In this document: positions 1-8,000 of the stretch, in pieces | How the letters are laid out: every line of letters begins with the position of its first letter | Position numbering within the stretch: position 1 is the first letter of the stretch | IMG/VR virus record: IMGVR_UViG_3300030102_006934 | Span: 1 to 64,000 of that record | Direction: 5' to 3' (one strand) | DNA length: 64,000 nucleotides | Notes under the pieces: generated by a model | Databases searched by the model: none | What the model saw: the letters and a program-made list of their open reading frames with translations, nothing else | What the model was told of the DNA's origin: nothing | Program-made: the position numbers and the translations under genes

Positions 1-246
1 AATGAAGAACAAACATTAGTTTTGGAAAATCAATTAGTAGAAATAGACGGTAATAGAGATAAGTCTTTAATAAGAGATTTTGCAAATAATATGAGGGTTG
101 GTGATGCTCAGGGTCTTAGAGATTATATATCTACTATTGAGTGTGGTATAGACATGAACATTGAAGTTAGGACTCCTGGAGGTGAGTCCGTTCCCATGTT
201 TCTTCCCATTACACCAAGGTTTTTTTGGCCTAACTCCAGAATATAA
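1..246 (+). CDS. Tail assembly chaperone / baseplate-hub assembly protein (T4 gp26-like), 5'-truncated by the window edge
   Basis: Frame is open from base 1 (NEEQTLVLENQ...). C-terminus FANNMRVGDAQGLRDYI...PGGESVPMFLPITPRFFWP resembles gp26-like/TAC C-termini. Lies upstream of the tape measure gene. Confidence 0.6.
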   Translation, partial: NEEQTLVLENQLVEIDGNRDKSLIRDFANNMRVGDAQGLRDYISTIECGIDMNIEVRTPGGESVPMFLPITPRFFWPNSRI

Positions 247-499
247 GTCAGGATTACTTGAAGAAATTTATATATGTATAAAACATCTTGGTATGACGTA
301 TCAAGATGCTTTATCAACACCAACGCACGAAAGAAAATTCTTTATATTAACACTTATTAATGAAAATAACAAACAAAATGAAGAATCTCAAAAGCAAATG
401 GAAAGGCTTAGAAATAAGGGCGCTAAGGGCACTAGGTCTTCAAGAATTGGTGGTGAGCAATTAAAATCAAAAATGAGAAGTGGAGAAATACCTAACTAA
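161..499 (+). CDS. Second tail-chaperone frame (gp51/GT-like), probably reached by frameshift at T7 220-226; first ATG is at 293
   Basis: Protein-like sequence FFGLTPEYKSGLLEEIYICIKHLGMTYQDALSTPTHERKFFILTL starts exactly at the T run, 24 codons before the first ATG. The TTG at 161 gives an implausible N-terminus. Confidence 0.6.
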   Translation: MKLGLLEVSPFPCFFPLHQGFFGLTPEYKSGLLEEIYICIKHLGMTYQDALSTPTHERKFFILTLINENNKQNEESQKQMERLRNKGAKGTRSSRIGGEQLKSKMRSGEIPN

Positions 500-524
500 T
501 TAAACTTGTTAGGTATTTTTTTTT
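488..524 (+). terminator. Intrinsic terminator after the chaperone genes
   Basis: ATACCTAAC (488-496) pairs with GTTAGGTAT (508-516), followed by a T run to 524. Confidence 0.65.
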
Positions 525-530
525 ATTCTA

Positions 531-548
531 TATATTTATAATAAAAGA
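531..548 (+). promoter_or_regulatory. Putative late-promoter motif TATTTATA
   Basis: TATATTTATAATAAAAGA is identical over 18 bp to 4983-5000; both copies lie just upstream of virion-type genes. Confidence 0.55.
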
Positions 549-556
549 ATATATCT

Positions 557-2089
557 ATGAAATTAGTTATTACTGAATCACAATATAATAGGGTTTTTAA
601 CAAAATTAAAACTAAATTAGTTATCACTGAAAGTCAATATAATAAAATATTGTTGGAAAGTAATATGACTAAAACTATTAGTAAGATAGAAGAGGGTGAT
701 GCAATTAAGTTAATTGATAAGAGTAATAATGAATTATTTTTTAAAGTTTTAGAGGCTTTTAGTGGAAAAATAATCATGATTAACTGCAATGATGGAGTTA
801 TGAAGAATAACTTTTATTACATGGGTAGTGATAGTTTAATCAATAATAGTTTGAAAGTTAAATTTAGACATTTAAAAAATATAAAGGATAGTAGTAACCT
901 AGAAGGTATTAAGTCTGAAATTGACAGTTGGGCTAAATCAACTTTTAAGAACATAAAGTCATTTGAAGTTTTTGAAGGTGCTGGTAAAGATTTAAATTGT
1001 AATTTGGGTTCTAAATTAAAACCTAAATTTAATGTTAATCCAGAAACTGGTGTTATTGAGGACCCTGATAGTGGTAATGAACCTGATAATGAAGAAGAAG
1101 GTAGAATAGAAGATTATAAGAATGACTTTTTAAGTGAAGTTGGTAAATCTAATAGGGGTGAGTCATATAATATGGAATTTAAGGACGGTGGATACCTTAA
1201 TTTAATTGTCGTTAATAAAGGCGCTGGAGTTATTTCTTTTGAAATTAATGGTTCTTCTACTGGAAATGAAGGTGAAAGGTATCAAGAACTTATTGGTGAT
1301 TTAATTGAATTAAAATTACACCCAGATGAGCTAGAGGTTAAAGTTAATACTGTTAATAATAAAAATACTGGAAAACCAAATTATAATTTAGATTATTTAA
1401 ATGTTAAAGTAAAAAGATATTTAGGTGGTTCAGAAGAAGATGAAGATAAATCAAAGTCAGAAAAGATGATTATTCACGGTGTTGATAATTATGTTTCAAG
1501 TAAACTTAAAAAAGATTTAGAAAATAAAGAATCTGAAGAACTAAGTGATGAAGAATTAGAAGACCAAATAAAAAACTATACAAAAAATGATAAGATTCTT
1601 AGAAAAGCTTTATGGAACAAACCTAATTGGATTCTTGATTTACTTAGGATAAGTAAGGAGAGGGGTATTTTACCAGCTGATGATAGAATTAGTAGGTGGT
1701 ATGATAGAGCTAAAAAATATAGAAAGATTAATAGAGAATTTAAATTTAACACTAAAAAAACTTTTGAATTTACTCAATTTAGTGTCACTAATAAAGATAT
1801 TTCAAAATTACCAATGCAAGAAAATAAGAAGTATGTTGGGTTGGTTAGAAAAAAAGGTACAGATGAAATTTATCCTAGAATATCCACTAATTTCGATATA
1901 GATATAAAGACTAATGAATTTCTAAAATATAATATATTCATAACTAATTTAATTGAAGATAATGATAGATTTAAAATTTATGAGATTAAATTAAAATATA
2001 GAGACGAAAACTCCAAAAAATATACTGATGTTGGTACTGGTAAAGTACTAATAGATAATAGTAATAAAAAAGAAGATAAAAAAGATTAA
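557..2089 (+). CDS. Hypothetical protein, probable virion/head-associated, with duplicated N-terminal KLVITESQYN motif
   Basis: 510-aa ORF; KLVITESQYN at aa 2-11 and 20-29; acidic patches; late-type motif upstream. Confidence 0.75.
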   Translation: MKLVITESQYNRVFNKIKTKLVITESQYNKILLESNMTKTISKIEEGDAIKLIDKSNNELFFKVLEAFSGKIIMINCNDGVMKNNFYYMGSDSLINNSLKVKFRHLKNIKDSSNLEGIKSEIDSWAKSTFKNIKSFEVFEGAGKDLNCNLGSKLKPKFNVNPETGVIEDPDSGNEPDNEEEGRIEDYKNDFLSEVGKSNRGESYNMEFKDGGYLNLIVVNKGAGVISFEINGSSTGNEGERYQELIGDLIELKLHPDELEVKVNTVNNKNTGKPNYNLDYLNVKVKRYLGGSEEDEDKSKSEKMIIHGVDNYVSSKLKKDLENKESEELSDEELEDQIKNYTKNDKILRKALWNKPNWILDLLRISKERGILPADDRISRWYDRAKKYRKINREFKFNTKKTFEFTQFSVTNKDISKLPMQENKKYVGLVRKKGTDEIYPRISTNFDIDIKTNEFLKYNIFITNLIEDNDRFKIYEIKLKYRDENSKKYTDVGTGKVLIDNSNKKEDKKD

Positions 2090-2108
2090 TCCAAAATAGT
2101 TTATTTAA

Positions 2109-4706
2109 ATGGCTGATGATTTTGATAAATATAATGAAATGTTTGGCGAAGCCGCTAGGAATTTAGACAAAATACGTAAGGGTTCTAAAGAGGTAGAAAA
2201 AAGTATTAGTGCTTGGTATAAAGCATCAAGAGATATTGCTGAAACTCAGAAAGATATAGCTAATATTGAGAATCAGATAGAGGCTACTAAAAAAGAATTA
2301 TCAACTTTAGATGAATTAAGAAAGAAAGATGCTGCTAAATTAACCGAACAAGAAAAGAAAACATTAAGAGTATTAACAGAGCAAGAAAAATACATTAAAG
2401 GTAGATTAAAATACCTTGAAAGAGAAAATAAAGAGAAGAGAGAAGGGTTAAACAATCTAAAAGAGTCAGTTAAGGAGGCTAATAAATTAAAATCTATAGC
2501 TAGGTCAACTGGAAGCTTTGTTAAAAAGTGGGGTTGGGATAAACTAAAATCATACGGGATATTTGATATGGATAAAGCCATACGTAATGCATCTCGTAGT
2601 ATGGCTCTTGGTAATAATCAATTTGAATCTTTTTCTAAAAATTTATCAACAGCTGCGGATAGCACTGTAATGATGGGTGTTAATGTAACTCAGTTAGCTA
2701 AAATGCAACAGGGTTATAGTAAAGAAATTGGTAGAAGTGTTAGGCTTACACAAGGAGGACTTAAAGCTATGGCTGGATTGGCTGAAGGTACTGGACTTGG
2801 TGAACAATTCGCAATAGGTATGGCTTCAGCAATGGATAACTTTGGAGTTGGGGCTGAAGCTAGTGCTGATTTGGTTGAAAAGACTATGAATATTTCTGGT
2901 CAGATGGGTGTTAATGGACAGGCCGCTGCACAAGCATTACAAAAGAATTTAAAATTAGCCCAAAGATATAACTTTAAGGGTGGTGTTAAGGCTTTAGGTA
3001 AGATGTCTGCTGATGCAGTTAGGCTTAAATTAGACATGGATGGTATTGCTGGATTAGCCGATAAAGTTTTTAGACCAGAAGGGGCAATAGAAATGGCCGC
3101 ACAATTATCAGTAATGGGTGGAGAGTTCGCAAAACTAGGTGACCCTATGACACTTATGTTTAAGGCTAGAAATGACTTTGAGGGCTTTGCTAAAGATATT
3201 GGTAAGGCTACGTCTGAATTTGTTGAGTTTAATAAAGAGACGGGCTCTTTTGAGGTGATGGGTGGTCTTGCTAGAGATAGGATGAGAGAGTTATCTAAAA
3301 TTACTGGTATTAGTGTTGATAAGATGCAAGAGATGGCGGTTCAACAAAAGAAATTGGAAACTATTGGTGGTATAACACCAGTTAATTTTGAAGAAAAGGA
3401 TAAAGAATTTCTGTCTAGTATAGCCGAGTACAGTGAAGATAAAAAGGGGTTCACTATTAATTTAGGTGGTCAAGAAAAATTAATTAGTCAATTAAGGGCT
3501 AGTGATTTAGAGTCTATCAGGAGTAAAGAACAAACACTTGAAGAAAGAGCTGAAGCTTCTAGAAGTTTTGATGAAACTATTAAGGATTTAATGATGTCGC
3601 TTAAACAAATACTATTACCTGTAGCTCAAGGACTTAAGAAGTTTGTTGGTGACCCATTAATTAAACTACAAAAACAATGGAGAGATGCTGGGTTTTATGA
3701 TAGCTTAAAATCTTTTGCTAAAAGTGCAATTTCTTTAGCTGGTAGTATAGCTAAATTTATTATAGAAAATCCAATTAAGTCATTAATTGGTGTTTTAGGT
3801 GGTTGGGCAGCACTGAAAGCTGCTACTTGGATATTCAACGGAAGAATGCTTAGATTAGGATTTAACATGGGTGGACCTATGGGTGGACCTATGGGTGGTA
3901 TGGGTCCTGGAGGTGTCGTTGGTGGTGGTGGTGTAGGTGCAAGTGGTTTATTTAATACTAGAGCCACTGGTGCTGGTAGTGCAATGAGTAGAGCGGGTAT
4001 GAGTAGAATGGCTATGGTTGGTAAAAACTTTAGAGGTGCGGCTGGTTCTGCTGGTGCTATTGGTGGTGGTATTTTAGCCGCTGGGTTTGCGGGTTATAAT
4101 GAATATCAAGAGAATAAAGCAATGGGTCTAGATGGCGCAGAAAATGCTGGTAGAACCGCTACTAAAGCTATTAGTGCTGGTCTAGGTGCTTGGGGTGGAG
4201 CTGCTGCTGGAGCTGCAATCGGTAGTGTTGTCCCTGTTATCGGTACTGTTATTGGTGGGCTTATAGGTGGGGCTATTGGGGCTTATGGTGGTGGTTCGTT
4301 AGGTGAATCTATAGGTGACGCTGTTTATGGTAATGAAAGAGAGAATGCTGGTGGAAGTATGGGTTATAGTAGACTGCCAATGAACGATGGTATAATAGAA
4401 TTTAACCCTAAAGATAAATTTGCTACTATAAGTAATGTTGGTATGGGTGGTGGTATCCTTGCAGCATCAACAAGTCAAAATCAATTAAATACATTAGTTG
4501 ATAACGCCAATTCTAACGGTATTGTAAATCATAAATTTGATAAAATAGATATAAACCTTAATTTTAAGGGTAATATAAATGAATCAACAGCTAAGGAATT
4601 TCTAGATGTTCCTGGTATGAGTGAAGCACTAACAACCGCAATAAACGAACAAATAGCTGGTTCACAAAATCAAAATAAACCATCACCACAACCATTTTCG
4701 GCTTAA
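2109..4706 (+). CDS. Tail tape measure protein
   Basis: 865 aa. N-terminal coiled coil, Ala/Gly/Met-rich helical core, and a Gly-zipper hydrophobic segment (GAWGGAAAGAAIGSVVPVIGTVIGGLIGGAIG). Sits between the chaperone and baseplate genes. Confidence 0.85.
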   Translation: MADDFDKYNEMFGEAARNLDKIRKGSKEVEKSISAWYKASRDIAETQKDIANIENQIEATKKELSTLDELRKKDAAKLTEQEKKTLRVLTEQEKYIKGRLKYLERENKEKREGLNNLKESVKEANKLKSIARSTGSFVKKWGWDKLKSYGIFDMDKAIRNASRSMALGNNQFESFSKNLSTAADSTVMMGVNVTQLAKMQQGYSKEIGRSVRLTQGGLKAMAGLAEGTGLGEQFAIGMASAMDNFGVGAEASADLVEKTMNISGQMGVNGQAAAQALQKNLKLAQRYNFKGGVKALGKMSADAVRLKLDMDGIAGLADKVFRPEGAIEMAAQLSVMGGEFAKLGDPMTLMFKARNDFEGFAKDIGKATSEFVEFNKETGSFEVMGGLARDRMRELSKITGISVDKMQEMAVQQKKLETIGGITPVNFEEKDKEFLSSIAEYSEDKKGFTINLGGQEKLISQLRASDLESIRSKEQTLEERAEASRSFDETIKDLMMSLKQILLPVAQGLKKFVGDPLIKLQKQWRDAGFYDSLKSFAKSAISLAGSIAKFIIENPIKSLIGVLGGWAALKAATWIFNGRMLRLGFNMGGPMGGPMGGMGPGGVVGGGGVGASGLFNTRATGAGSAMSRAGMSRMAMVGKNFRGAAGSAGAIGGGILAAGFAGYNEYQENKAMGLDGAENAGRTATKAISAGLGAWGGAAAGAAIGSVVPVIGTVIGGLIGGAIGAYGGGSLGESIGDAVYGNERENAGGSMGYSRLPMNDGIIEFNPKDKFATISNVGMGGGILAASTSQNQLNTLVDNANSNGIVNHKFDKIDINLNFKGNINESTAKEFLDVPGMSEALTTAINEQIAGSQNQNKPSPQPFSA

Positions 4707-4731
4707 TTAAAAAAAAAATACTGATTAATAG

Positions 4732-4762
4732 TTGCTTTTTTGGTATAATGTTATTATTTTTG
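4732..4762 (+). promoter_or_regulatory. Bacteroidota sigma-A type promoter
   Basis: TTG (4732-4734), 20-nt spacer, TATTTTTG (4755-4762), matching the TTTG-N19-21-TAnnTTTG consensus. It points into the AT-rich repeat region. Confidence 0.5.
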
Positions 4763-4783
4763 TATTATATATATAATATATAG

Positions 4784-4876
4784 TATATAATTAATAATAT
4801 ATAGTTAATATAATAGTTATAATATATAATTAATAATATATAGTTAATATAATAGTTATAATATATAGTTAATATA
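4784..4876. repeat. Perfect 39-bp tandem repeat (2 copies plus a partial) in a near-pure A/T intergenic region
   Basis: TATATAATTAATAATATATAGTTAATATAATAGTTATAA at 4784-4822 and 4823-4861, then a partial TATATAGTTAATATA. No C on the + strand across the array. Confidence 0.9.
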
Positions 4877-4982
4877 TTATTCTAAATAATCACAAACTTT
4901 TTTTTTATTCAAAAACTTATATCTTAATATAATTAAGGTAAAGATTTTATATCATTTATTTTAATAAAATTTCTAGTACTTT

Positions 4983-5000
4983 TATATTTATAATAAAAGA
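4983..5000 (+). promoter_or_regulatory. Putative late-promoter motif TATTTATA
   Basis: Same 18-mer as 531-548, ending 6 nt before the ATG at 5007. Confidence 0.55.
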
Positions 5001-5006
5001 TATAAT

Positions 5007-8000
5007 ATGCCAAGTAGTATAAATAGTTTATCACCTACATTTAGAGATTTATTACTTAATAGAAATATAGTCACTGATACTATATCTAATAATGGATTAA
5101 CAACCCTACTAAACGGTATAGGTACTCCAGTTAATCCATCAACTCAACCAGAGATAATACAACCCTCAGAAGATATTGAAGTAATTGGTGTTTTTCATAG
5201 AGAAAGTGATACAATAGTTAATAAATATCAAGGTTCATTATCTGATTACGAACAATATAGTGTAAACTATTTACCAGGTAATAATAATACTACAATAGCT
5301 GGAAACCCTTGGAATAATGGTATTTATGATGTTAATGGTTCAGCCGCTGAACTATTACAAGCTAATAATGATTTTATTCAAGTAAATACATCAAATAATG
5401 CTTATTTAGATACTAGTCAACAAACAGTTTCTGATATATATACTAATCCAGTTAATTCTCAAACAGGTTCATACAATGATTCAGAAGCTGAATTAATTGA
5501 TGAAAGTAATGGTTTTTTAGAAACAAATGTCGTAAAAAACATGTATTCAGATGAGGATTCACAAATACCAACAATAGTTAGTTATAATTCATCCACACCT
5601 AAAAATGGTCCATACTCTCCAGGGGACACTAATTCTACTATAGGTGGTAGTTTAGCCGAATCAACTAGTAATATATTAGGTTCTAGTAGTGAATACTTAC
5701 AAACAAACACATCTAACAATATTTACTTAGATGTTGATAAACAAACACAGGTTAATATTGAATATAAATCAGTAACATTTCAAACTGGTTCTTATTTAGA
5801 TGAAAACAATAACGTTAACGTTGGTGGACCAGATACACAACCTTTTGATATCGCTAGTAGTTTACTAAATGGTGGTGGTGTTGGATTTGACCCTAACGGT
5901 GGTGGATTAGTTTCAAATGCTGATGTTAGAAGCTCATTAAGCGGTAGAATACTGACAGCAAGTGGCGTTATAAATGATACAAGATTAGGTCAATTGTCAG
6001 CTGGATATTTAGCAACGGCTATAGGTAATAATATAGCATTTGAACTACAAGAAAATACAATTGGTAAGGTTAATACAAATTTAACCAGTCTCATAAAAGG
6101 TGGTAATTTAATAATACCAAACTATAAAATAACTGTTGGTAGTGGTATACTAGGTAAAACTGGAGATTTATTAGAAAGAATGACTGGCGCTAAGATACCA
6201 CTTAGTTTACTAAAAACATCAATATTTGCATCTGAAAGTGGTTGGGATACAGGTAATATATCTAGAGCCAATTCAATGCTTGAAAACACTGGTAAAGGCC
6301 AAATACTACAAATGTTTAGTAATTTGAACGCCAGTACCGACCCATCACTAATTGGGGATAAAAGAAATGGTTTTACACCACCTTTAAAAAATGATAAAAC
6401 TGGTATAGGAGTTAATAAAGAAGATTCTCCAAGTGGTAGTTCATATATCTATGAAGACCAATTAGCTGATGGGACCAATATTATAAATAATGGTCCAGCA
6501 CAATTAATAGGTGGATTCAATGATGAATTTGAAGGAGATGTTTTAGCATCAACTAGCTTTGGTTTTGGTAATTTAAGTTCATCTCAATTTGGTGAGTTTG
6601 GGAGGAAGCAAGGTGTATTTTCATGGGGAGATACTAACAATAATTATGAAGCACTTTCAGGTGTTAGTTCAACAGATGGTGGAGAAGGAATAAGTTTCGC
6701 CCTTAAAACTGAAAACCCAGGAGAGAGCTCGGCTAATAACTTTAAAAACGTAAATAGTTTATTATATAAGACACAAGAGTTATTTAAAGAAGGTAGAATG
6801 AAAACACTTGTATCTGGACAAGGTGTTAAAAATGAAACCACAACACAACTACAAATATCTAGAAAAGGTCTTATATCTAAAGGTTCTGGTGTATTAAGTG
6901 CTGACGCTTTATTAGGTGGTAATTTAGAACCACATGAAGTTTTTTGTAGAACATGGTCTACATTTGATAGATATGATAATAATCTAGATTTACAAAAAAG
7001 CTCTGGACTAATAGGTGGTGAAAATGGAGAATTCCCAAATAGACCATTTGGTAGAGCTAGTTTAGACGCATCGGTATTAGATAGTACTGGATTTGTGAAT
7101 ATAGGTCCAACTACAGATGATGAAGGTAATATTAGTGATATAAAAAGATTTATGTTCTCAATAGAGAATCTAGCATGGGCAGATGATTTACAAAAATTAA
7201 TGCCTTCTGAAAAGGGGCCAGGAGACCCGTTAAGTGGTTTAAGAGGTAGAATTATGTGGTTTCCACCATATGATATAAGTTTTAATGAGAGCACTTCAGT
7301 TAATTGGGACAGAAGTAATTTTATAGGTAGAGGAGAACCACTATACACTTATAATAATACTGAAAGAACTGGTTCGCTATCTTGGAAGATAATTATTGAC
7401 CACCCAAACTATTCTAATTACTTTCCAAAAGATTGGGGTAATGATGAAATAACATCTTTTTACGCTGGTTGCCTTGAATATGAACCAATAAGAGAAGTAA
7501 TATTAACTCCAGAAGAAAATGATGAAGTTGAGATAGACCAAAATATAGAAGTTGAGGAAAAGGTTGATGAGCAAGAGCCAGAAGCTGTATTATTTAATAT
7601 GTACTTCCCTAATGATGTTGGTCTGATTAATGATAAATACGAAAATGGTCTTAGTGGTACAACAACAGCAGATACTATTAATTACTCAGTAAACCCAACT
7701 GGTGAAGGATTTGGTATAGGTGTTTATAAATCTGGACCTCAATCCAATGGTGCATATAGTAACAGAAAATATACTGATAAAACTAATTTTGGTCTTAACG
7801 GTTCTAATAATAAATTTAAAATTGGTGATAAGGAAATAAATGGATACCAAGATGATATTTTTATATCAACACTAAGTGAATATATGAAAAACGAGTGTAA
7901 GTATTGTAAGATATTCTTAAAAGGTTATGCTAGTAAACAAGGTCAAAATAGTACAAAAAATCAAAAGCTATCAGATAATAGAGCTAATGAAATAAAAGAC

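Noticed and set aside
4741-4749. E. coli-type extended -10 promoter TGnTATAAT
   Set aside because: It overlaps a better-fitting Bacteroidota promoter (4732-4762), and all other evidence points to a Bacteroidota host.
4784-4876. 39-bp repeats as a CRISPR array
   Set aside because: The copies are directly adjacent with no spacers and are almost pure A/T; no cas genes are nearby.
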